A DNA stretch of 64,000 nucleotides from Candidatus Gottesmanbacteria bacterium (lineage in GTDB: Bacteria > Patescibacteriota > Microgenomatia > UBA10105 > UBA927), in the NCBI GenBank assembly GCA_963714095.1, contig OY970230.1, positions 724,103 through 788,102 on the forward strand. Reading direction: 5' to 3'. The notes beneath the pieces were generated by a model that was not told where the DNA came from, did not search any database, and saw only the letters and a program-made list of their open reading frames with translations. This document shows, in pieces, positions 42,289-52,100 of the stretch (its first letter is position 1; each line of letters starts with the position of its first letter). A program made the position numbers and the translations under genes.

Positions 42289-44439
42289 TTGTCGTATAAT
42301 CTATCCATGCTTTCCGATTTGCCGATTATTTTTCAATGGTGGGCGACGCTGTTTTTGGTCGGTGCTGCGGCGTATCCGTTGACCCGTAAATTATTTCATG
42401 GATGGTTTGACGGGGGGTATTTGTTTGCAAAAGCCGTGGGAATGGCGACGGTCACCTATATTGTCTATCTCTTAGGAGTATTGCACGTTGCACCGTTTGT
42501 GCAGGCGACCGTGTGGGCGTCAATGGGGGGAGTATTTATTCTTGGAATGCTTATAAATAGAGGAAACCAGAGGAAGGAGAATACAAAGAAAAAAATTCTT
42601 CTCATGGTAGCGGAAGAGCTTTTCTTTGTGGCCGCACTTCTGTTTTGGTCCTGGGTGAAGGCGCACGAACCAAGCATCCGCAGCCTTGAAAAATTCATGG
42701 ACTTCGGGTTTACCAAATCCATCCTGGACAGCAGGTTTTTTCCGGCCCCGGATATGTGGTACGCCGGCGCGACGATTAACTATTATTACTTCGGACACAC
42801 TGTCATGGCGGTTCTCACACGGATCTCCGGCATCGATTTGACAACGACATTTAATCTCATGCTTGTGACGATATTTGCGCTCTGTTTCACGATGAGTTTT
42901 TCGATTGGAAAACAATTGATGCGGGGACTAAAAGGGATACGGGCAATCGGGGAAATCGGAGGAGGACTGTTGACCGCATTTCTCGTGACCCTTGCCGGCA
43001 ACATGCAGACAATCTATGCATTTACTCAGGGGTATGACGGAGACAAGGTTGTTCCGTTTTGGAAACTTCTGTGGCCCATCGGAGATTTTATAAAACGTTT
43101 ACCGGATGGCCTGAACCGTTATTGGTATCCGAACGCCACCCGTTTCATTCCGTTCACGATTCATGAATTTCCCAGCTATTCGTTTGTGGTGTCGGATGTC
43201 CACGGACATGTATTGTCCATACCGTTCGTGTTGCTTGCAATAGCGTTTCTTATAATAATTTGGGGAGACAAAGGAAATAAGGGTGATTGGGGCATGTATA
43301 TATTTTATGGGTTTCTTTGCAGCGTACTTCTCATGACTAACGCCCTTGACGGGCCGATATATCTGGGATTGTTCCTCATTTCTTTGGCGGTATTCAACGT
43401 ATTTTTTAAGAAACGTTCATGGGAAAAAGTCGCGATTATTGCCGGTACGGTTATCAGCACGGCCGGCGTCGTGAGTCTTCCGTTTTTGCTGTACTTTAAA
43501 TCGTTTGTCACCGGGGTTGCCGTCAATTGTCCGCCGACGGCGCTTGCTGATACAAAAATCGGGCCGATTCTTTTTGAGGGAGTTGAGAAATGTCAGCACT
43601 CGCCCTTGTGGATGATGTGGCTTTTGTGGGGATTTTTTATCTATTGCGGATTGTTTTTGGTTATTCCGCTGATCAAAAAAATTCGGATCAAAAAACAGAT
43701 AGAGCACCAGGAATTTTTGCTGTGCATATTGTTCGTGTTTTCGATACTCCTTATCATCTTTCCTGAATTTTTTTACTTTAAAGACATATATCCCACGTAT
43801 TTCCGCAGCAACACTATGTTTAAGCTTGGGTACCAGGCGTTCATCATGTTTTCGATTATCGCCGGGTATACCATCATGAAAATGGTCAGGCAGAAGAAGC
43901 GAGTGTTGTTTTTCCTGTTTCTGGCCCCGCAGCTGTTTTTGGTTTCCATATATCCGATTTTCAGCGTACGGTCGTATTTTGACAGCCTCAGAAATTATGA
44001 AGGGATCAACGGGAGCGGATGGATCAGCGCACAGTATCCGGATAATTGGGCGGGGATACTCTGGTTGAACGATCAGTATCGGCTTGGCCGGCTGGGGCAA
44101 AATCCGGTTATAGTCGAAGCGGACGGGGATAGTTATACGGACTACAACCAGGTGAGCGCGTTCACGGGGTTTCCGACGATTGTGGGCTGGTCGGTCCATG
44201 AATGGCTTTGGCGTGGGTCCTATGACGTGGTGGCGCCGCGCAAAGCGGAAGTGCAGCAGGTGTATGAATCAACGGATATCAATGAAACCCGTCAGATTCT
44301 GGCGAAATATCACGCCACGTATATTTTTGTGGGCACGCTGGAACGGGAGAAGTTTAAAGATATGCAGGAATGGAAATTCAAGGAGTTGGGAAATGCGGTC
44401 TTTACCTCCGGAACTACGGTGATCTACGCAGTCCATTGA
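42289..44439 (+). CDS. DUF2298 (Chlor_Arch_YYY) large polytopic membrane protein
   Basis: 716 aa with more than 12 TM helices. Conserved INYYYFGH (YYY) motif. Confidence 0.5.
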   Translation: MSYNLSMLSDLPIIFQWWATLFLVGAAAYPLTRKLFHGWFDGGYLFAKAVGMATVTYIVYLLGVLHVAPFVQATVWASMGGVFILGMLINRGNQRKENTKKKILLMVAEELFFVAALLFWSWVKAHEPSIRSLEKFMDFGFTKSILDSRFFPAPDMWYAGATINYYYFGHTVMAVLTRISGIDLTTTFNLMLVTIFALCFTMSFSIGKQLMRGLKGIRAIGEIGGGLLTAFLVTLAGNMQTIYAFTQGYDGDKVVPFWKLLWPIGDFIKRLPDGLNRYWYPNATRFIPFTIHEFPSYSFVVSDVHGHVLSIPFVLLAIAFLIIIWGDKGNKGDWGMYIFYGFLCSVLLMTNALDGPIYLGLFLISLAVFNVFFKKRSWEKVAIIAGTVISTAGVVSLPFLLYFKSFVTGVAVNCPPTALADTKIGPILFEGVEKCQHSPLWMMWLLWGFFIYCGLFLVIPLIKKIRIKKQIEHQEFLLCILFVFSILLIIFPEFFYFKDIYPTYFRSNTMFKLGYQAFIMFSIIAGYTIMKMVRQKKRVLFFLFLAPQLFLVSIYPIFSVRSYFDSLRNYEGINGSGWISAQYPDNWAGILWLNDQYRLGRLGQNPVIVEADGDSYTDYNQVSAFTGFPTIVGWSVHEWLWRGSYDVVAPRKAEVQQVYESTDINETRQILAKYHATYIFVGTLEREKFKDMQEWKFKELGNAVFTSGTTVIYAVH

Positions 44440-44560
44440 CAACCTGAGTAAACTGTGGTTAAATACGTGAGTAGATTAAAGAATTCCTCGTATTGACAGT
44501 ATTTTCATGAGTTTTTCCAAAAACTAATTTCTATTTTCTATCATACTAAGTTCTTGTATT

Positions 44561-46120
44561 ATGGCGTTTCGCGCATCCACAAAATCAGCTAAACCAAAAA
44601 AAATTATTCCGGAGCTAAAACCTGCAGGCGAGCCAGTGGTTGTCGCGCCTTCACTGAGTATTGACGATCTTATCGGCGGGCCGAAGGAAGAAGCGAAACC
44701 TATTAAAGAGGAGCTAAAAGCAGTTGAGCCGAAAGTTGCTGACCCGTCATCGGCACCATTGCCGTATACGCCTCCTCCCCGGCAAGACAGACCGAGAATG
44801 GGATTCGACCGCAATCGTGGGGGATTTAACGGCGGGTACCGAAGACCCATGGGCGGCGGATATCAAAATAGACAAAATGGATATGGTCCGAATCGTGGCT
44901 ATAATGCGCAGGGGCCGGTTCAAGGGTATCGCAGAGAATGGATTCCTCGACCTCAAAATACCAGTCCGTCGGTTGGCGGATTTACGCCGGATATTGATGT
45001 GCCCACAGAAACAGTCAAGGGAATCCTGGACGTTATGCCGGAGGGACACGGGTTTTTGCGGCCGAAGTTTACGCCAAGCGAAAAAGATGTGTATATTTCC
45101 CAGTCGCAGATCCGTCGGTTTCTCCTTCGTAACGGCGACATGGTGGAGGGGCAGGCGCGTGCTCCGAAAGATAATGAGCGTTACTACGGACTTTTGAAAG
45201 TAGAAAAAGTGGACGATAAGCCGGCTGAAGAGATGGCCTCACGCCCGAAATTTGAAGATCTCACGCCGCTCTACCCAAACAAACACCTGCGCCTTGAAAC
45301 AGGCCAGCAACCGCTGTCGACCCGCATTTTGGACCTTATCGCGCCCATCGGATTCGGGCAGCGGGGACTTATCGTATCCCCACCGAAAGCAGGCAAAACC
45401 ACAATTTTGAAAGAACTCGCTGCGGGAATTTCTGCTAATTATCCCGAGGTGCACCTTATGGCGGCATTAATCGGCGAGCGGCCGGAAGAGGTTACGGATT
45501 TAACACGGTCTATCCACGGCGAGGTGCTGGCCAGTAATTTTGACGAATCCCCTGCAGAGCAGACGAGGATTGCCGAAGTGGCGCTCGACCGCGCAAAGCG
45601 GTTGGTTGAAATGGGGAAAGATGTGGTTATTCTTTTGGATTCCATTACCCGCCTTGCACGCGCGTATAACTTGGTCGTCAACCCATCAGGTCGAACGCTC
45701 TCCGGCGGATTTGACCCGGCAGCCCTGTATCCTGCGAAGAAATTTTTAGGCGCAGCACGGTGTGTAGAGGGATCTGAAGGGAAAATTACTGGTTCCCTGA
45801 CGGTTATCGGCACGGCACTTGTTGAGACCGGAAGCCGGATGGATGATCTTATTTACGAAGAATTCAAAGGCACCGGCAATATGGAACTGCACCTCTCGCG
45901 TGCGCTCCAGGAGCGAAGGATTTTTCCGGCAATTGATGTCGGTAAAAGCGGTACGCGCCACGATGAACTTTTAATCGGCGAAGAACAAATGAAAAAAGTA
46001 ACGACCCTGCGCCATATGCTTTCTATGCTTGGCGACGAAGAGCGCACTATGATGCTTATTGAAAAGCTTGCCAAAACCAAGGATAACGCAGAATTCCTCG
46101 ATACGCTGTCACAGGGATAA
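44561..46120 (+). CDS. rho: transcription termination factor Rho with N-terminal low-complexity insertion
   Basis: Cold-shock-like RNA-binding domain. P-loop GQRGLIVSPPKAGKTT and a RecA-like core. About 100 extra residues rich in G/R/N/Y/Q lie near the N-terminus. Confidence 0.9.
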   Translation: MAFRASTKSAKPKKIIPELKPAGEPVVVAPSLSIDDLIGGPKEEAKPIKEELKAVEPKVADPSSAPLPYTPPPRQDRPRMGFDRNRGGFNGGYRRPMGGGYQNRQNGYGPNRGYNAQGPVQGYRREWIPRPQNTSPSVGGFTPDIDVPTETVKGILDVMPEGHGFLRPKFTPSEKDVYISQSQIRRFLLRNGDMVEGQARAPKDNERYYGLLKVEKVDDKPAEEMASRPKFEDLTPLYPNKHLRLETGQQPLSTRILDLIAPIGFGQRGLIVSPPKAGKTTILKELAAGISANYPEVHLMAALIGERPEEVTDLTRSIHGEVLASNFDESPAEQTRIAEVALDRAKRLVEMGKDVVILLDSITRLARAYNLVVNPSGRTLSGGFDPAALYPAKKFLGAARCVEGSEGKITGSLTVIGTALVETGSRMDDLIYEEFKGTGNMELHLSRALQERRIFPAIDVGKSGTRHDELLIGEEQMKKVTTLRHMLSMLGDEERTMMLIEKLAKTKDNAEFLDTLSQG

Positions 46121-46178
46121 TATTGACTTCAATTTGCACTTCGGGTTTTCACATGCTACCCTGAAGAGCACTGGTTTT

Positions 46179-47279
46179 ATGAAAAAATACTTCCAAAATT
46201 TGTTTGAAGATATCGGTTTGTGGCGGGAGGGATGGACTCACTATATTGAGCGAAAACTCAAACGGTGGGGGACGGGTTTTGAAACGCAGAAAAACGTGAT
46301 TGTAGATATCCTCATGGCCCGGCGCGGTACATACCAGCGGCCGTTTTTAACGATTTCCCTGGGGATTCTTCTTATTACGGGGGTGATGAGCGCGCCCATT
46401 ATTGCCAATGCATATCCGGGGAGTGTTCAGAGTCAGCTTACGCAATTTACTCCTTCCTCCGCAGTCGCCACATCGCTGGATTTTTCCGATTACGGGATTC
46501 AGACCCAGATATCACAAAAACCCCGTGATCAGGTTATAAGCTATACGGTAGAGAAAGGCGATACGCTTTCAAGCGTCGCGGAAAAATTCGGGATTTCCAC
46601 CGATACAATCCGCTGGGAAAACAATCTCACGAGCGATGATCTTGCTATCGGCGACACGCTCAAGATTCCGCCGGTAACCGGTATGGTGATTACCGTTTCT
46701 GAAGGGGAAACGGTTCAGAGTATTGCAAAAAAGTATAAAACCGATGCGCAAAAAATTGTTAACTATCCGTTTAATGATTTTGCAGATCTGGACACGTTTG
46801 CACTCAATGTAGGGCAAACATTGGTTGTTCCGGATGGTGTGGAGCCTGCGGCAGCACCTCTCTTTATTGCTCAGGGACCGGCTCCTATGTCTATCGCAAC
46901 CGGTATTGGTCAAATTTTATGGCCGACCAATGGGGTTATAACACAATGTCCGGTTTGGTATCACGTAGCATTTGATATTGCCAACCCTGCGGAGCCCGGC
47001 GTGATGGCGGCAACAAACGGTGTTGTCAGTGTTCCTCCGTTTGATCGGTATGGGTACGGCAATCACATTATTGTCAATCGCGGCGACGGGTTGTCAACGC
47101 TGTATGGGCACCTTTCGGAAATTTATGTGAGAACGGGGGATCATGTTGCCCAAGGACAGGTGATCGGCCGGATGGGGTCAACCGGTCGGTCGACGGGTCC
47201 GCATTTACACTTTGAGACACGGATCAATAATGTGATTGTCTATCCTAATCAATTTTTCCACACATCCTGCGGCGGATAA
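46179..47279 (+). CDS. LysM domain-containing M23 family metallopeptidase
   Basis: Two LysM repeats (YTVEKGDTLSSVAEKFGIS). M23 catalytic motifs HxxxD and GPHLHFE. Confidence 0.8.
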   Translation: MKKYFQNLFEDIGLWREGWTHYIERKLKRWGTGFETQKNVIVDILMARRGTYQRPFLTISLGILLITGVMSAPIIANAYPGSVQSQLTQFTPSSAVATSLDFSDYGIQTQISQKPRDQVISYTVEKGDTLSSVAEKFGISTDTIRWENNLTSDDLAIGDTLKIPPVTGMVITVSEGETVQSIAKKYKTDAQKIVNYPFNDFADLDTFALNVGQTLVVPDGVEPAAAPLFIAQGPAPMSIATGIGQILWPTNGVITQCPVWYHVAFDIANPAEPGVMAATNGVVSVPPFDRYGYGNHIIVNRGDGLSTLYGHLSEIYVRTGDHVAQGQVIGRMGSTGRSTGPHLHFETRINNVIVYPNQFFHTSCGG

Positions 47280-47290
47280 AAATACCTTTG

Positions 47291-47361
47291 TGGACCCGAG
47301 GGGAATTGAACCCCTTTCTACTCCATGCCATGGAGTCGTTCTACCGGTATACTACGGGCCC
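47291..47361 (-). tRNA. tRNA-Ala (anticodon GGC), with a weak D-stem (A12/A23 mismatch)
   Basis: Hand-folded. Acceptor GGGCCCG/CGGGUCC with G3:U70. Anticodon loop AUGGCAU. T-arm AGGGG-UUCAAUU-CCCCU. Confidence 0.6.
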
Positions 47362-47399
47362 CGGTGTGTGGTGTGGCGTCGCGATTACGCGACATCCTG

Positions 47400-47472
47400 T
47401 GGACCTGAGCGGAATCGAACCGCTGATCTCCGCAATGCGAATGCGGCGCATTACCAGCTGTGCTACAGGCCC
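47400..47472 (-). tRNA. tRNA-Ala (anticodon CGC)
   Basis: Hand-folded. Acceptor GGGCCUG/CAGGUCC with G3:U70. Anticodon loop UUCGCAU. T-arm AGCGG-UUCGAUU-CCGCU. Confidence 0.8.
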
Positions 47473-47649
47473 GAATAACAATGTAATTATAGCAGAAAAT
47501 ATGGGGAATTGGTCTCAATCCTATCCCGTTTCGCTAAAGCTTCGCGGGATTGATGGTTATTAAACTCTCAAATATGAATTTGCTCATTAAATAACCATCA
47601 AAAAAACATAGGACTTAATCCCGACAATTGGACGCCTATGCTTTTTTAA

Positions 47650-47862
47650 TTACCGCGTTGTCGTTACCCCTGCAACTGTCGGGGTCGTGGCGGCGATGTG
47701 GGTGCTGATAAACTGCCCGACCATCGCGCCCAACCCGAGCATCAGGGCAAAACCGATAACAAACATCCATCCCCGCACTACCACAAGGTAGTTTTCGGAT
47801 GCATGTGCCGCTTTTCGGTGTGCCGGTGTATGATGAATCCGGCGTACATGTCTTTTTGCCAT
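47650..47862 (-). CDS. small membrane protein, hypothetical
   Basis: 70 aa with a basic N-terminus and one TM helix. Confidence 0.25.
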   Translation of the reverse strand: MAKRHVRRIHHTPAHRKAAHASENYLVVVRGWMFVIGFALMLGLGAMVGQFISTHIAATTPTVAGVTTTR

Positions 47863-47868
47863 ACAATA

Positions 47869-50238
47869 TCAGTGTGAGATATTTGTAGCTTTCTTGTCAA
47901 CCCCCAGTTTTTTGAGAACGAACCAGACAAGAAGAGAAATAAGGAGGAGAAATTCCGTCCAGAGCAGGAATACTTTAAGAGTTGATGGCTGATAGCTGGC
48001 CACAATAGTATGGGTACCGGCAGTAACGGGTATGCCGATAAAGAAGGGGAAGGTGATGATTGGTGCGACTACTTCACCATCTACGGTGATGTGCCAGTCG
48101 GGGTGGTAGGTCTGTTTTAAAATAACCAAACACTGAGTACAATGCTCCGGTACGCTTACACGGGCAGTGAAAATCATATCCGTGTCGTCGGTTTGATCTG
48201 TGATTTTTATCTTCCCTACACTACTTAGGTCAGCTACATAGCGGGGAGGTTCAGAAAATACGTTATGGATTTTATTGTCAGGAGTTATAAATGTTACCTC
48301 ATCGGTCATTTTGAAATTCGGTAGCCCCACATTTACCGGATAATTTTTGGTGTCAAAACTAAGCTGCGGATACAAGCCGTTTTTGGGGTCGTCAGATTGG
48401 ATCCAGAGGCGTATGACGTTGGTGAACGAATATTTATCGGATGCAACGATTGCAGGGCGCACACCGGCAGTAAAATAGCCGGATGCCGGTACCTCATAGA
48501 GCTTCCATGAAGGATTTTCTTTCAGTAATTTCCAAAACGGCTGGATGTTACCTTTGGGGAGATTTGCGGGGGTCGCGACATACCGGATGTTGTACAGCGC
48601 ATAATCCTCGGCATGATCTTCGCGGAAATATTGTTCGGTGTCGCTATTGGGTGACCAGGTTTCCGGAAGCCATAATACGGTCGGCAGTGCAAAATTAGAC
48701 AGATACATATACATCGGCGTTTCGGCAATCCGGAAATCACGTCCCCAGGATCCGCCGCGTCCGGCGAAGACCCTGCCCGGTGCTGTTTTCTGAAGGGTGA
48801 GGAGTGTTGAAACAAGCGCGTTGGTATCAGCAGACTGTTCGACATAATTGCCGTTGGCCCGTGCGATGAGCGTATCGTTGTATTGTGAATAGCGGAAAGT
48901 TTGGCCGTAGACCGCGGGAAAGATAAAAACGACAATCAGAATTAACGTTATCATTTTTATATATTTTTTAGGAGCAAGAATAACGCGGCTGAGCCATTCA
49001 GTTACTTTTTCCCATATTAATGTCAGCCCGAACGGCGCCAAAAACAGCCCTGCCGCGTGAACGCCGACGATGAAGCGTGATTGATGAAATTCGGTCATGG
49101 AGGGAATAATATTGAGCAAATTTCCCCACGTCGTTCTGCCGAAGTAGAGGAGGAGGAAAAAGAAAAAGAGAAGAGTAAATGGAACAGAGTCGGCAGCAAA
49201 TAGTCCGACAAGCACAAGTCCGGTCATAACCGGCAGCCTGCCGAAATCAAAGAGTGCGCCGTTTCCAAGTCTTGCGACAACCTCTTTGGCGCCGTATGAA
49301 TTGAATTTCCACACGGGATCCCAGAATGAAAAGTTGTGGAATTTGTCTAAAAGCATAGCGGGGATAATCCAATAGCTTAAAAATACGAGTGCAATTGCCG
49401 CGATACCGGATAATAGAACGGCATTTTTCTTCAATGGTTTGACGATGTCTTTTATTGACTGCCGGCGGAAAAACGCAAGGATGGGCGCAGCTGCGGCAAG
49501 AGGAACGAGGCTTAAAAATGCCATAACGCCTATCCCGATATGCCCGGCAGTTGTGAAAATAAGAAATACTATTGCAAAGAAAAAATCCGAAGGTATTTTT
49601 ATTCCGAATTTTATATTTTGTGTTGTATATTTTTTAAAACATCTGTATGCATACGCGAGAGCCAGCGGCAGCCATACCATGGCAAACAGTTGGCTTGACA
49701 GGCCGTAGCCGCGCCATAAAAATGACGACGGATCAAGGCCGTAGAATCCATCTGTGGAGATCTGCGAAGCCAACAATGCCGCCAGTCCTGCAGTCATCCA
49801 GGATGCGCCGGTGACCTGCACTGCCAAAAATACCGAAAGCGGGAAGAGACAAAGGAGGAGATAGATGATGAGGTGGTAGTACTGAAATAAACTGACGGAA
49901 CTGGTGAATACCTGGATCATTTTCCACGACCCGACGATGAGGACCTGCGGCACGTGGGAATAATAAAAGGGCAGATTATATCCTTCATTCCAGTTTGGCA
50001 CCCAGTGATCGGCAAGATAGGAGAAGTGACATATGGGAAAAGTCAGTATATTTCCTGAACACTTTTTATCTGCAAAATCCCATATTTGGTTTGTCCGGTA
50101 GACCAGCGCGTATTGGAAAGCATTATCATTCGGATCCACCTGCGCCGTGGGCTCCGTCCGGTACAGCCACAGGTTAAACCCGACGGCGAACAGGAGCATT
50201 GCAACGGAAATAATTTTCTCACTGTTTATTTTTTTCAT
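47869..50238 (-). CDS. large polytopic membrane protein, GT-C/YfhO-like
   Basis: 789 aa. The N-terminal half has more than 12 TM helices and a DPND first-loop motif. The C-terminal part is an extracytoplasmic domain of about 300 aa. Confidence 0.45.
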   Translation of the reverse strand: MKKINSEKIISVAMLLFAVGFNLWLYRTEPTAQVDPNDNAFQYALVYRTNQIWDFADKKCSGNILTFPICHFSYLADHWVPNWNEGYNLPFYYSHVPQVLIVGSWKMIQVFTSSVSLFQYYHLIIYLLLCLFPLSVFLAVQVTGASWMTAGLAALLASQISTDGFYGLDPSSFLWRGYGLSSQLFAMVWLPLALAYAYRCFKKYTTQNIKFGIKIPSDFFFAIVFLIFTTAGHIGIGVMAFLSLVPLAAAAPILAFFRRQSIKDIVKPLKKNAVLLSGIAAIALVFLSYWIIPAMLLDKFHNFSFWDPVWKFNSYGAKEVVARLGNGALFDFGRLPVMTGLVLVGLFAADSVPFTLLFFFFLLLYFGRTTWGNLLNIIPSMTEFHQSRFIVGVHAAGLFLAPFGLTLIWEKVTEWLSRVILAPKKYIKMITLILIVVFIFPAVYGQTFRYSQYNDTLIARANGNYVEQSADTNALVSTLLTLQKTAPGRVFAGRGGSWGRDFRIAETPMYMYLSNFALPTVLWLPETWSPNSDTEQYFREDHAEDYALYNIRYVATPANLPKGNIQPFWKLLKENPSWKLYEVPASGYFTAGVRPAIVASDKYSFTNVIRLWIQSDDPKNGLYPQLSFDTKNYPVNVGLPNFKMTDEVTFITPDNKIHNVFSEPPRYVADLSSVGKIKITDQTDDTDMIFTARVSVPEHCTQCLVILKQTYHPDWHITVDGEVVAPIITFPFFIGIPVTAGTHTIVASYQPSTLKVFLLWTEFLLLISLLVWFVLKKLGVDKKATNISH

Positions 50239-52100
50239 AAATAGAGTTTCGGATTTAACCAGTCCGCATGGTCATCGGTAATCCCGTCGCCGGCATCGGT
50301 AACAACCAACTTCAGTGTCTTTACACCGGTGATTGTTACATCCGCATGCCGCGGAAGATCATACCGGCCTATTTTTTTGGACGCAAATAAGAGTGTATCA
50401 TCCCCATACACTTCAAATACGACCGTTCCTCTGGGACCCGCCTCCGTATCTACGCCGTAATCGAATGAAAACAGGGTAAAATGCCCTGCGACATCGAACG
50501 TTTGGGTGCTGTTTGCATGTGTCCCAATCCCGCGCCGGTAAAATGCATATTGGACTGAAAGAGCGCTCCATTTATCAAATCCTGCCGACGCGTTGACCGG
50601 CATATTAATTTCACGCTGTCCATAGTCCTGGCTGAAGGCAAACGGAGTGAGCGTGGTGAGCGATACCGGCCCATGGGTTATAAGCGGCATATTTTTTGCA
50701 GTGATGGCAAGAGCAACAAACGCAACCGGCCACAGAAATGTCCAGAATGTTATGTCGCGTCGTATGGTGTACAGGAACCAAAGAAACAGACCGATGAAAA
50801 TGAGGGAAACGCTGATTGTCAGGTTGGGTTGGATAAGTGATGAAAGAACCGGAAATCCGTTGTGGGGATAATTGAAGACGAGCGCGGTATGGAGATTATA
50901 AAAATAGAGAAGAGAGAAGAGAATATAAAAAAAAGAGAAGATACGAAAAGGTTGGTTGGTAAAAGTCTGTAGACTCTCTTTTTTTGTCAGGCGCATACGG
51001 ATCCAAAAGACGCCCCAGAGGAGTACGAAGACTATAAGCGGAAATGCATAGCGGTCATGTGACTCGGTCTCGAACAGGAAGAAAGAGGCATTGGCAATGA
51101 TAATTGCACTAAGAAAGCGGTAAATTGTATCGGATTCGTTTTCTTTTTTGTTTTGCAGAAACGCAAAGGGTTTCATGATAAGCGCTGCAAGCAAATATCC
51201 TGCGGAAAAAAGAGAGAGCCCCACCGTTTTAGCGTTTGCCAAACCCACAGAAAGTAATTTGTCTGAAAACTGCATTCCGTGGGCGCGAGCGACTATCCAC
51301 CAGAGGTTAAATGCGTTTAAAGACAGCCATGGGAAATAGTCATAATTGCCCGTGAGCGATTCAATAACTTTCCCCATGCCGCCGGACAGGATAAATTCGA
51401 TATTAAGACCCGCAAATGTTACGAGTGACCCCGCAAGTCCCTGCACAAGACCTTCAAACCCTGCATATTGCCAGAGAAATAGGAAAAAAATAGGTCCGTA
51501 AATCATGTTTTGAAGTTTCGTCATCATGGCGAGCATATACACCATGCCGGCAAGAAATGGTTTCTTTTTAAGGACAAGAAGGAACGCGCCCAGAAATACG
51601 ATGACACCGAGACTGTCTACCTGGCCCCACCACGCGCTGTCCATCCATGAAACAGGGTTAAGAAGATACACAACAGCAAGCAGCCCGTAGAAATATACCG
51701 GGAAATCAGGAAATCCGATTTTTTTTGCGTTCTTGCCGATCCAGAGGAAGAGAGCCGCGATACCGAAGTCTGCAATAATTGCAGGCATTTTGGAAACGAT
51801 TAAAAACAAAAGATTGGTATTTTGCCAATATTGATTAAAATTATGCGGGTCCGCAAATAACCGGTACATGGCCGGCATGAGTGCCAGAAAGTAGCCAAAC
51901 GGGGTAGGGTAGTTAAAATTCGTGACTGAGAGTCCCTTAACGATTCCGAAATCGAGTACCGCCAATCCCCATGACTTCCAAAATGAGACATCCGCTTCAA
52001 AACCGGGATTGGGGATAAGAAGAAGACGGATGATGAAGGCGAGAATGAATCCTGTAATCAGTATGATCGGCAGGGAGGATTTTTTCATTGTTTTTCCCAC
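50235..52100 (-). CDS. GT-C-like membrane glycosyltransferase fused to C-terminal NPCBM carbohydrate-binding module
   Basis: N-terminal TM domain of about 470 aa. The C-terminus TVVFEVYGDDTLLF...VTITGVKTLKLVVTDAGDGITDDHADW matches the NPCBM/NEW2 consensus. Confidence 0.6.
   Translation of the reverse strand: MGKTMKKSSLPIILITGFILAFIIRLLLIPNPGFEADVSFWKSWGLAVLDFGIVKGLSVTNFNYPTPFGYFLALMPAMYRLFADPHNFNQYWQNTNLLFLIVSKMPAIIADFGIAALFLWIGKNAKKIGFPDFPVYFYGLLAVVYLLNPVSWMDSAWWGQVDSLGVIVFLGAFLLVLKKKPFLAGMVYMLAMMTKLQNMIYGPIFFLFLWQYAGFEGLVQGLAGSLVTFAGLNIEFILSGGMGKVIESLTGNYDYFPWLSLNAFNLWWIVARAHGMQFSDKLLSVGLANAKTVGLSLFSAGYLLAALIMKPFAFLQNKKENESDTIYRFLSAIIIANASFFLFETESHDRYAFPLIVFVLLWGVFWIRMRLTKKESLQTFTNQPFRIFSFFYILFSLLYFYNLHTALVFNYPHNGFPVLSSLIQPNLTISVSLIFIGLFLWFLYTIRRDITFWTFLWPVAFVALAITAKNMPLITHGPVSLTTLTPFAFSQDYGQREINMPVNASAGFDKWSALSVQYAFYRRGIGTHANSTQTFDVAGHFTLFSFDYGVDTEAGPRGTVVFEVYGDDTLLFASKKIGRYDLPRHADVTITGVKTLKLVVTDAGDGITDDHADWLNPKLYL

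Noticed and set aside
47236-47478. 80-aa plus-strand ORF.
   Set aside because: It is antisense to, and fully spans, the two tRNA-Ala genes.
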